A DNA stretch of 64,000 bases from Bradyrhizobiaceae bacterium. GTDB taxonomy: Bacteria > Pseudomonadota > Alphaproteobacteria > Rhizobiales > Beijerinckiaceae. Position 1 is the first letter of the stretch. Each line of letters opens with the position of its first letter. The DNA lies in assembly GCA_036676315.1 (NCBI GenBank), contig JAKFDB010000067.1:2180-66179 (forward strand), read 5' to 3'. The translations under genes and the position numbers were made by a program. Below, in pieces: positions 46,881 to 55,042 of this stretch. The notes under the pieces are model-generated. The model was not told where the DNA came from and did not search any database. It worked only from the letters and a program-made list of their open reading frames with translations.

Positions 46881-48709
46881 TTCGGCTCGCCCGCCAGAAT
46901 GGCGGTGAGCTCGGCCGGCGGATCGAAATCCTCCGGGATGCCGCAGAGGCCGCGGCGCGCGAACCAGCGGCCGAGCGCCGGCGAGGCGGTGAGCATGGCG
47001 AAGGGGATCGCCAGCACGTAGCCCGCGGTCAGCGGCAGCGACCAGAGCAGCACCGTCGGCGAAAGCAAGGCGAGCGCCCCGAAGATGTAGAGGCCGAAGA
47101 GCAGGTGCGGCCACAAGCCCGCGAAGGCGGTGGCGAAGGAGAGGGCGTGGGCATCGCGGGCCTGGCCGTTCCAGCCGATCCTCGCCTTGCCGAAGGCGAG
47201 GCCGACCATGAAGATCGTGGTCCGGAAGGTCGAGACCGCGCCCTGCAGGAAGGCGAAGACGATCTCGATCAGCGAGGAGGCGACGAAGCGGCCGGTCCCG
47301 CCATAGCGCTTGGTGCCGCCCTTGCTGAGCAGGATGTCGGCGAAGCCGGCGAGCTTCGGCGAGAGATACATCGCGAAGAACAGGACATAGAGAGTGGCGG
47401 CCAGGCCGGCCGGGTAATCGGCGAGGCCGCGATCCTCCCAGACCTTCACCGGCAGCAGCGCGATCATCAGCGTCCAGGCCGGCAGGCCGATGAACATCAG
47501 GATCGCCCAGGCGAGCTGGAAGCGGCTCATGAACTTGAGCCCCGGGATATCCATCAGCTTGAGATATTGCAGGTTGCCGAGGCACCAGCGCAGGTCGCGC
47601 CGGGCGAATTCGAGCATGGTCGGCGGGTTCTCCTCCCAGCTGCCCATCTCGACCGGCAGGACGCGCACTTCATAGCCGGCGCGGCGCATCAGGGTCGCCT
47701 CGACCTGGTCATGGCTCATGACATGGCCGCCGAGCGGCGGGCCACCCGGCAGGACCGGCAGATGGCACTCGTCGCGGAAGGGCGCGATCCGGACCATGGC
47801 GTTATGGCCCCAGAACGGGCCGCAATCGCCGATCCACCAGGCCGAGCCCATGGTGTAGGGCCGCATGCCGTGGCGCATGCCGAACTGGAAGATGCGCGCA
47901 AAGGCCGATTTGCTCGGCATGCCGACGACGAGGCTCTGCAGGATGCCGAGCTTCGGCCAGGCCTGCATCATCCGGGCGAGTTTCACGATCGCCGCGCCGG
48001 ACATGACGCTGTCGGCGTCGAGCGGCAGCATGACCTCGTAGCGCTCGCCCCAGCGTTCGCAGAAGTCGCGGACATTGCCGGCCTTGTAGCCGGTATTATC
48101 GGTGCGGCGGCGATAGGTCAGGCGCGAGGCGTCGCCGATCGTGGCGGCAAGGGAGGCGGCGAGCTTTTCCTCCGCCGCGGCGACTGCCGGGTCGTCAGTG
48201 TCGGAGAGCACGAAATAGTCGAACCACTCGCCTTCGCCGGTGGCATCGAGGCTCGCCTTGACGATCTCGAGGCGGCGGAAGGCGCGAGCCGGGTCCTCGT
48301 TGCGCAGCGTCATCAGGATTGCGGTGCGGATCGCGATCGGCGTCGGGGCATCGCCTGCGGCGGCGAAGGGCGCAACGCGGCGCTGCCCATCCTCGATGCC
48401 ATGCAGCAGCCAGAGGCCGATCACGGCGTTCCAGAAGCCGAGCACCGTCCAGGGCGCGCCGAACAGGAAGGCGATGAAGATCACGATGTCCGCCGCACTC
48501 CAGCCGCCGGCCGAGAGGACGCGCGAGAGGCCGTAGAGCAGGGCGGCGAGCGTCGCCAGGTTGAGGCCTGCGACCAGCAGCCGGCGCGCACGCAGCGTTC
48601 CTGTCGCCTGGAGGCCGGCCGGGGTCAGGCCCGGACCAAGCCGTTGCTCTTGCGCCGCCGCCTGGAACGTGGTCGGACCGGGACGCTGGTTCATGGCGGA
48701 CTCTGTCAT
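46877..48709 (-). CDS. opgH: Glucans biosynthesis glucosyltransferase OpgH/MdoH-like GT2 (short form; start 48709 or 48694)
   Basis: RNEDP, YFVLSDTDD, GYKAGNV, LDADS, FWGHNA, SHDQVEA and RRDLRWCLGNLQ. Confidence 0.88.
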   Translation of the reverse strand: MTESAMNQRPGPTTFQAAAQEQRLGPGLTPAGLQATGTLRARRLLVAGLNLATLAALLYGLSRVLSAGGWSAADIVIFIAFLFGAPWTVLGFWNAVIGLWLLHGIEDGQRRVAPFAAAGDAPTPIAIRTAILMTLRNEDPARAFRRLEIVKASLDATGEGEWFDYFVLSDTDDPAVAAAEEKLAASLAATIGDASRLTYRRRTDNTGYKAGNVRDFCERWGERYEVMLPLDADSVMSGAAIVKLARMMQAWPKLGILQSLVVGMPSKSAFARIFQFGMRHGMRPYTMGSAWWIGDCGPFWGHNAMVRIAPFRDECHLPVLPGGPPLGGHVMSHDQVEATLMRRAGYEVRVLPVEMGSWEENPPTMLEFARRDLRWCLGNLQYLKLMDIPGLKFMSRFQLAWAILMFIGLPAWTLMIALLPVKVWEDRGLADYPAGLAATLYVLFFAMYLSPKLAGFADILLSKGGTKRYGGTGRFVASSLIEIVFAFLQGAVSTFRTTIFMVGLAFGKARIGWNGQARDAHALSFATAFAGLWPHLLFGLYIFGALALLSPTVLLWSLPLTAGYVLAIPFAMLTASPALGRWFARRGLCGIPEDFDPPAELTAILAGEPK

Positions 48710-48755
48710 GCGATGGGCTGAGCGGAAGCTGGCAGGGAACGTCGCGGAGGTCGGA

Positions 48756-49754
48756 GTGATAGAACCGGCAAAGGCCGCCAAGGCAAGCGGCAAAGCGGCT
48801 GCAACAGCGCTCTGGTATGTCGCGCCGCGTGAATGCGCCCTGAACGACCTCGAGCTGCCGCAGCGCGGACCGCAGGACTGCCTTGTCCGCGCGCTGTGGA
48901 GCGGCATCAGCCGCGGTACGGAACGGCTGGTCTTCGAAGGGCGGGTTCCGGTTTCCGAGCATGACCGCATGCGCGCTCCGTTCCAGGAGGGCGCCTTCCC
49001 GTTCCCGGTCAAATACGGCTACTGCGCCGTCGGAACCGTCGAAGAAGGCCCTCCGGTGCTCGTCGGCGAGACCGCGTTCTGCCTCTATCCGCATCAGGAT
49101 CGCTTCGTCGTGCCGGCCGGCCGCGTCGTGGTGGTGCCGAAGGCGGTGCCGGCGCGGCGGGCCGTGCTCGCCGCCAACATGGAAACGGCGCTGAACGCGC
49201 ATTGGGACGCCGGCTCCGGCCCGGCCGACCGGACCGTCGTGGTCGGCGGCGGCGTGCTCGGCCTGCTCGTCGCCTATATCGGCGCGCGGTTGCCGGGCGC
49301 GCAGGTGACTTTGGTCGACATCGATCCGGGGCGCGCTGCGCTGGCGGCGGCGCTCGGCTTCGACTTCGCCTTGCCGCAGGACTGCCCCGGCGAAGCCGAT
49401 CTCGTTTTCCACGCCAGCGCCAGCGCGGCGGGCCTGTCGACCGCCATCGGCGCGGCCGGCTTCGAGGCCCGCATCGTCGAATTGAGCTGGTATGGCGAGG
49501 GCGTGGTCGCGGTTCCGCTCGGCGGCGCCTTCCATTCGAAGCGGTTGCAACTGGTCTCGTCACAGGTCGGGCAGGTCTCGCCGTCGCGCCGGCCGCGCTT
49601 CGACTATGCGCGCCGGACGCAGGCCGCGCTGTCGCTGCTGGCGGACGCCCGGCTCGATGCGCTGATCACCGACGAGATCGCCTTCACGGAAGCGCCGGAA
49701 CGGTTACCGGCGCTGTTCGCCGGCGCAGGGCTGACCGCGGTTCTGCGCTATTGA
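48756..49754 (+). CDS. MDR/zinc-binding alcohol dehydrogenase-like protein
   Basis: GGAGG RBS and GTG; SGISRGTE, PVKYGY, ANMETALN and VVGGGVLG. Confidence 0.85.
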   Translation: MIEPAKAAKASGKAAATALWYVAPRECALNDLELPQRGPQDCLVRALWSGISRGTERLVFEGRVPVSEHDRMRAPFQEGAFPFPVKYGYCAVGTVEEGPPVLVGETAFCLYPHQDRFVVPAGRVVVVPKAVPARRAVLAANMETALNAHWDAGSGPADRTVVVGGGVLGLLVAYIGARLPGAQVTLVDIDPGRAALAAALGFDFALPQDCPGEADLVFHASASAAGLSTAIGAAGFEARIVELSWYGEGVVAVPLGGAFHSKRLQLVSSQVGQVSPSRRPRFDYARRTQAALSLLADARLDALITDEIAFTEAPERLPALFAGAGLTAVLRY

Positions 49755-49774
49755 GTGCTCAAACTCATTGCCGG

Positions 49775-49879
49775 GTCATCCCGGCCGGAGCGCAGCGAAG
49801 AGCCGGGATCCATGCCTGAGCCTTGCCGATAAAGGTTCCGGCATGGGCCCCGGGTCTCCCTTCGGTCGCCCGGGACGAC
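49775..49879. repeat. Subfamily A palindromic repeat inside the dehydrogenase-PTPS operon gap
   Basis: Closely similar to 9949-10053. Confidence 0.85.
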
Positions 49880-49946
49880 TCGCGTCGGGGAGGGTAGGCA
49901 GAAGCGCGCGGCGGCCTTAAGCAGACTGTGCTGAAGGAGACCACGC

Positions 49947-50348
49947 ATGTTTTCCGTCGAAGTCCGCGACCGCATCATGATCGGCCACTCCCTGCCGGAC
50001 CCGTTCTTTGGCCCGGCGCAGGGGATGCATGGTGCGACCTTCATCGTCGATGTCGCCTTCTTCCGCGAACATCTGACGAAGCAGAACGTGGTGGTCGACA
50101 TCGGCGCCGCGCTCGATGTCCTCAACAAGACGCTGAAGCCGCTGAACTACCAGAATCTCGACGCGCTGCCGCAGTTCAAGGGCGTGCTGACGACCACGGA
50201 ATTCCTCTGCAAGCACATCTTCGACGCGATGTCGGCCGCGGCGAAATCGGGCGCGCTCGGCGCCGACGGCGCCGGCCTCGCCAAGATCCGCGTCACCCTG
50301 CACGAAACCGACCTCGCCCGCGCCAGCTATGAGGGCGCGCTCGCGTGA
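49947..50348 (+). CDS. 6-pyruvoyl-tetrahydropterin synthase-like (COG0720) protein, atypical subfamily
   Basis: T-fold pattern IGHSL...FFGPAQGMHGAT...NYQNLD...TTTEF; lacks CxxxHGH and ExxHGH. Confidence 0.85.
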   Translation: MFSVEVRDRIMIGHSLPDPFFGPAQGMHGATFIVDVAFFREHLTKQNVVVDIGAALDVLNKTLKPLNYQNLDALPQFKGVLTTTEFLCKHIFDAMSAAAKSGALGADGAGLAKIRVTLHETDLARASYEGALA

Positions 50349-51394
50349 GCGAGATCGCCTTCGCCATTCCCGGCGATCTGTCGCTGCCGACCGGCGGCTA
50401 TGCCTATGACCGGCGGCTGCTGGCGGAGTGGGCGCAGATGGGCGTGGCGGCGCATCATCTCGAGCTTCCGGGCAGCTTTCCCGCTCCGAGCGAGGCCGAT
50501 CTCGCCGAGACCGGCAGGGCGATCCTGTCGCAGCCCTATGACCGGGTGCTGCTGATCGATGGGCTTGCCTATGGCGCCTTCCCGGAGAGCATCGCGGCCG
50601 GGCTTGCCGGCCGTGTCGTCGCACTGGTGCACCATCCGCTCGGGCTCGAGGCGGGGCTTTCCCCGGAACGCGCGGCGGCCTTGCTGGCGAGGGAAGCCGC
50701 AGCGCTGCGCCATGCCAGTGCCGTCATCGTCACCAGCCCAGCCACAAAGCGTCTGCTCGTCAGCGATTTTTCCGTGCCGGAAACCCGCATCACCGTGGCC
50801 GAGCCGGGCGTTGATCCGGCGCCGCGCGCCACAGGCTCTGCCGCAGGCGCGCCGCTCCAGCTGCTCGCGGTGGGCTCGCTGGTGCCGCGCAAGGGCTATG
50901 ACGTGCTGGTCGAGGCGCTCGCCGGACTGGCCGAGCGGAACTGGCGGCTGACCATCATCGGCGCCGACCGGGCGCCGGCGACCGCGGCAGCGCTGGCGGC
51001 GCAGATCGCTGCAGCCAGTCTCGGCGATCATGTCCGGATTGCCGGTGCGGTCGACCAGGCGACGCTCGAGGCCGCCTATGCCGGCGCGGATCTCTTCGTC
51101 CTGCCCTCGCTGTTCGAGGGCTATGGCATGGTGCTGACGGAAGCGCTGGCGCGCGGCCTGCCGATCCTCTGCACCACCGGCGGTGCGGCGGCAGAGACGG
51201 CGCCCGATGCGGCAGCGCTGAAGGTTTCCCCCGGCGATGCCGAAGCGTTGCGCGCCGGGCTCGCCCGCCTCCTTGCCGATGGCGAGGAGCGCAAACGGCG
51301 TTCCGACGCCGCCTGGCATGCCGCCGGCGCATTGCCAGCTTGGCGGCAGACCGCGACAATCGTCGCCGAAACCTGTGCGAAGGTGTCACCATGA
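50345..51394 (+). CDS. Glycosyltransferase family 4
   Basis: TGGYAYDRR, VGSLVPRKGYD and PSLFEGYGMVLTEA; GTGA overlap with the PTPS-like gene. Confidence 0.9.
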   Translation: MSEIAFAIPGDLSLPTGGYAYDRRLLAEWAQMGVAAHHLELPGSFPAPSEADLAETGRAILSQPYDRVLLIDGLAYGAFPESIAAGLAGRVVALVHHPLGLEAGLSPERAAALLAREAAALRHASAVIVTSPATKRLLVSDFSVPETRITVAEPGVDPAPRATGSAAGAPLQLLAVGSLVPRKGYDVLVEALAGLAERNWRLTIIGADRAPATAAALAAQIAAASLGDHVRIAGAVDQATLEAAYAGADLFVLPSLFEGYGMVLTEALARGLPILCTTGGAAAETAPDAAALKVSPGDAEALRAGLARLLADGEERKRRSDAAWHAAGALPAWRQTATIVAETCAKVSP

Positions 51395-52230
51395 GTGGAT
51401 TTTCCCCGGACTGGCTCGCCTTGCGCGAGCCGGCCGACCATGCCGCCCGCAACCCGCAGGTGCTGGCCGCGGTCGGCGCCACCTTCTCCAGCCGGCAATC
51501 GCTGACGATCGTCGATCTCGGCTGCGGCGCCGGCTCGAATCTGCGCGGCACCTACTCGGTGCTGCCGGCGCGTCAGTACTGGACGCTGGTCGATTTCGAT
51601 GCGCGCCTGCTTGCGGTGGCTCGCGAGCGCCTCACCGATTGGGCCGACGAGGCGGAAGGGCTGGGTGAGGAGCTCGTGCTGCGCAAGGGCGAGAAGTCGC
51701 TGACGGTCGATTTCCGCCGCGCCGACCTCAATACCGATCTCGAATGGGTGCTGGGCTGGCAGCCCGACCTTGTCACCGCCGCCGCGCTGTTCGACCTGAC
51801 TTCGGTGCGCTGGCTGGAGCGCTTCGTCGCCTCGCTGGCGAGCCAGCGGCTGCCGCTCTACACGGCGCTGACCTATGACGGGCGGGAGAGCTGGGAGCCG
51901 GCCCATCCGGCCGATGCCAGGATGCTCGTCGCCTTCAACCACCACCAGCACAGCGACAAGGGTTTTGGTCCCGCCGCCGGACCGGAGGCGACCGAGACGC
52001 TGGCGCAGGCCTTCCGCAAGTCGGGCTGCGCCGTTACCGTCGGCGAAAGTCCCTGGCTGCTCGACGCGGGGAGCGCGACGCTGACGCGCGAACTGGCCGC
52101 CGGCATCGCCGCGGCGGTCGCCGAGACCGGACATGTCGAGCCGGAGACGATCGAAAGCTGGCTTGCGGCCAAGCGCGAGGCGGTTTCCGGCCGCATCGGC
52201 CATCAGGACCTATGGGCACGCCCGGTCTGA
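51391..52230 (+). CDS. Class I SAM-dependent methyltransferase-like protein
   Basis: DWLALREPAD, VDLGCGAGSN and ALFDL; start overlaps the GT4 stop (ATGA). Confidence 0.82.
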   Translation: MSGFSPDWLALREPADHAARNPQVLAAVGATFSSRQSLTIVDLGCGAGSNLRGTYSVLPARQYWTLVDFDARLLAVARERLTDWADEAEGLGEELVLRKGEKSLTVDFRRADLNTDLEWVLGWQPDLVTAAALFDLTSVRWLERFVASLASQRLPLYTALTYDGRESWEPAHPADARMLVAFNHHQHSDKGFGPAAGPEATETLAQAFRKSGCAVTVGESPWLLDAGSATLTRELAAGIAAAVAETGHVEPETIESWLAAKREAVSGRIGHQDLWARPV

Positions 52231-52296
52231 CGCCACGGCGACCTGCATCGCCGCCAATTGCCATTTCCGACAAATTCCGCCATCCCGCTCGCGACC

Positions 52297-52797
52297 ATGA
52301 CCTCCCTGCCTCTGACCATCCGCCAGGAACTGCCGGGCGACGCCGCCGCGATCGAGCGCCTGCATGAGCGTGCCTTCGGGCCGGGGCGCTATGCCCGCAC
52401 CGCCTTTCGCCTGCGCGAGGGCCGGCCGCCGGACCCGGCCCTGTCTTTCGCCAGCCATGTCGGCACCTTCCTCGTCGGCTCGGTGCGGGTGACGCCGATC
52501 CTGGCCGGTGGCGGACCAGGGCTGATGCTTGGGCCGCTGACGGTCGATCCGGCTTTCGAGGGGCGCGGCATCGGGGCTGCACTGATGAACGCCGCGATCG
52601 AGGCGGCGCGGGCCGCCGGCCACGAGCTGGTCCTGCTCGTTGGCGACGCGCCCTATTACGCGCGCTTCGGCTTCAAGCCGATCAGGCCGGGACAGCTGAT
52701 GCTTCCGGGCCCGGCCGACCCCGGCCGCTTCCTGGCGCTCGAGCTCGTCGAAGGCGTGCTGGCAAAGCGCAGCGGCGCGGTTGTGCCGCTGCGCTAG
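52297..52797 (+). CDS. GNAT acetyltransferase (YhbS-like)
   Basis: FGPGRYARTAFRLREG, LGPLTVDPAFEGRGIG and VGDAPYYARFGF. Confidence 0.88.
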   Translation: MTSLPLTIRQELPGDAAAIERLHERAFGPGRYARTAFRLREGRPPDPALSFASHVGTFLVGSVRVTPILAGGGPGLMLGPLTVDPAFEGRGIGAALMNAAIEAARAAGHELVLLVGDAPYYARFGFKPIRPGQLMLPGPADPGRFLALELVEGVLAKRSGAVVPLR

Positions 52798-52806
52798 ATA
52801 AAGCGC

Positions 52807-52912
52807 GTCGTTCTCGGGCGGAGCGAAGCGCAGACCCGAGAATCTCTCGACGAGAAGACGCCGACCGGCACCTCGTCCGGCCTGAGATGCTCGGGACAAG
52901 CCCGAGCATGAC
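52807..52912. repeat. Subfamily B palindromic repeat
   Basis: GTCGTTCTCGGGCGGAGCGAAGCGCAGACCCGAGAATC...GATGCTCGGGACAAGCCCGAGCATGAC. Confidence 0.85.
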
Positions 52913-52919
52913 GCGAGTG

Positions 52920-55007
52920 CTATGCCTCGCGCTTGAACCTGCGGCCGCTCTCGCCGATCCAGCCGGCGACCAGCGCGCCGAAGAGCAGGGCAAGTCCGAT
53001 CAGCCCGATGAACAGCGGCGAGATCTGGACACCGCGGACGATGCCGGAATCGCTGATGTGCAGGCCGATCCAGTCGGCCCCCGCGAATTGCCGCCCCGAG
53101 CGCACCGGCACGATCCGCGGCACGCTGACGCCGGAGCCGCTCTCCTGGCCGATCCGGCGCGAGGAGCCGCCGGTGGCCTCGGCGAGCGTTTCGAGCTTGG
53201 TCGGATCGCTGACCACCTCCATCAGCTCGCGCGGGTTCTCCGGGCCGACGCTGGCGAAGGCGGTGAGGTTCTCGGTGGTGATCTTGTGCAGGCCGAACTC
53301 GGTCGTCGCCGTGCGGGCGGTGAACAGCCCGGGGCGGCCGGGCTCGAAGGGCACGGTGCGGGTCGAACCGTCGGGAGCGGTGATCGTCGCCGGAGCCGGC
53401 GCATCGCCCAGCGTCTGACGCTCGATCTCGAGATTGCGGCCGCGCGCGACGGCACGCAGCGCCTCCTCCTCCAGATCGGGCTCCTTCATCAGCCAGTGGC
53501 CGAGCCGGCGCAGCAGGTCGAGATGCGGGCCGCCATCGCGGAAGCCGCGGGCCCAGAGCCAGGCATGGTCGGAGAGGAAGAGGGCGACGCGGCCCTTCTG
53601 CTCGCGTGCCAGCATCAGCAGCGGGCGCTCGCCCGGGCCGGTCATCACGGCCGAGCCGGTGCGGGCGCGGGCGCCGACCATGCGCAGCCATTCGCCCCAG
53701 CGCGGCGGCTCGACCTCGGCGCCCGGCAGGTCGCGGGTGACGGGGTGGCGGCGGCCGGGCTCGCTGACGCGGGCGCGATAGGCCTCGTCGATGACGCTGC
53801 CATCGGGCTGGGCCGGCAGGATCTGGCCGAGCGGCGTGCGCGCCAGCGATTGCGAGCCGGAATATTCCGGCCCGGCGGCAACCAGCAGGGCGCCGCCCTC
53901 GCGGACATAGCGGACGATGTTGTCGAAGTAGAGCAGCGGCAGGATCGACTGGTTGGCGTAGCGGTCGAAGATGATCAGGTCGAAATCCTTGATCTTGACC
54001 TGGAACAGCTCGCGCGTCGGGAAGGCGATCAGCGAGAGCTCGTTGATCGGCGTGCCGTCCTGCTTCTCCGGCGGGCGCAGGATGGTGAAGTGCACGAGGT
54101 CGACATTGGCGTCGGCCTTGAGCAGGTTGCGCCAGGTGCGCTCGCCCGGATGCGGCTCGCCGGAGACCAGAAGCACACGCAATTTGTCTCTGACGCCATC
54201 AATCGTAATGACGGCGCGGTTGTTGGCGAGCGTCAGCTCGTTGTCGAGCGGGGCGGCCTCGATCTCGACGACGTTCGGCCCGCCGCGGTCGATCCGGACC
54301 GGCACCTGCACCGTCTGCCCGGCGATGACCTCGCGGCGCGCGATGACCTCCCCGTCGCGGCGCACAGTCAGCGCGGCGCGGCCGGGCCCGCCCTTCTCGA
54401 CGACGCGCAGGCGGATGTTCTGGTCCTTGCCGACGATGCCGAAGCGCGGCGAATCGACCAGCACGATGCGGCGGTCGATCTCGGCCTCGCGGCCGGTGGT
54501 CAGGACATGCAGCGGGGCACGCAGGCCGAGAGCCTCGGCCGTCGCCGGCGCGTCATGGGCGAGGCCGTCGCTGATCACGATCGCGCCCGCGACGCGCTCG
54601 GAAGGCACGTCGGCGAGGCTCGATGCCAGCGCCTCGAACAGCCGGGTGCCGTCGCCGGCGCCCTGCGCGTCGGTGACTTCCACGGTGCGCGACTCGACGC
54701 CGCTGACGCCGCGAAGCTGGCGCTCGACCTCCGCCTGGGCGGCCTGCGTCTGCGCCGAGCGGTCGGACAGTCGGTTCGAGCCGGAGCGGTCGACGACGAC
54801 GGCGACCACGTCCTTGACCGGCTCGCGCTCCTCGAAGACCAGCGAGGGGTCGGCGAGCGCCAGCGTCAGCACGGTCAGCGCCAGCGCCCGCAGGATGGCG
54901 CTGCGGCCGGCGAGCACCAGCGCCGCGCCGGCGGCAAGCGCGGCCAGCACCGCAAGCCCGATCAGCAGCGGCAGCGGCACCAGCGGCGCGAAGGTGAGAC
55001 TCCACAT
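52920..55007 (-). CDS. Membrane protein with vWA-like and class I GATase-like domains (MoxR cluster)
   Basis: N- and C-terminal TM segments, VVDRSGS and VLLVSGEPHPGERTWRNLLK. Confidence 0.75.
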   Translation of the reverse strand: MWSLTFAPLVPLPLLIGLAVLAALAAGAALVLAGRSAILRALALTVLTLALADPSLVFEEREPVKDVVAVVVDRSGSNRLSDRSAQTQAAQAEVERQLRGVSGVESRTVEVTDAQGAGDGTRLFEALASSLADVPSERVAGAIVISDGLAHDAPATAEALGLRAPLHVLTTGREAEIDRRIVLVDSPRFGIVGKDQNIRLRVVEKGGPGRAALTVRRDGEVIARREVIAGQTVQVPVRIDRGGPNVVEIEAAPLDNELTLANNRAVITIDGVRDKLRVLLVSGEPHPGERTWRNLLKADANVDLVHFTILRPPEKQDGTPINELSLIAFPTRELFQVKIKDFDLIIFDRYANQSILPLLYFDNIVRYVREGGALLVAAGPEYSGSQSLARTPLGQILPAQPDGSVIDEAYRARVSEPGRRHPVTRDLPGAEVEPPRWGEWLRMVGARARTGSAVMTGPGERPLLMLAREQKGRVALFLSDHAWLWARGFRDGGPHLDLLRRLGHWLMKEPDLEEEALRAVARGRNLEIERQTLGDAPAPATITAPDGSTRTVPFEPGRPGLFTARTATTEFGLHKITTENLTAFASVGPENPRELMEVVSDPTKLETLAEATGGSSRRIGQESGSGVSVPRIVPVRSGRQFAGADWIGLHISDSGIVRGVQISPLFIGLIGLALLFGALVAGWIGESGRRFKREA

Positions 55008-55042
55008 CGGCTAGACTTCCAATCTCATGCCGGCCCGCCCCA

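Noticed and set aside
46881-47585. N-terminal extension of the FkbM ORF (487 aa in the track)
   Set aside because: It is an alternative frame within opgH; the methyltransferase starts at the ATG overlapping the opgH stop.
48664-48687. Possible EcfG promoter for the PTPS operon (GGAAC-N15-CGCT)
   Set aside because: Spacing is one base short and the -10 has a mismatch; it lies inside opgH coding sequence.
48710-49012. N-terminal extension of opgH in the ORF track
   Set aside because: It overlaps the dehydrogenase gene, which has a clear RBS and GTG at 48756; OpgH-like sequence starts after 48709.
9991-49839. Apparent inversion of the 23-nt centre between the two subfamily A repeats (9991-10013 versus 49817-49839)
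   Set aside because: Identity is 16/23 in reverse versus 15/23 direct, because the centre is itself quasi-palindromic. An inversion is not distinguishable from arm correction.
49947-50348. queD (queuosine) call
   Set aside because: No CxxxHGH motif and no queC/queE neighbours.
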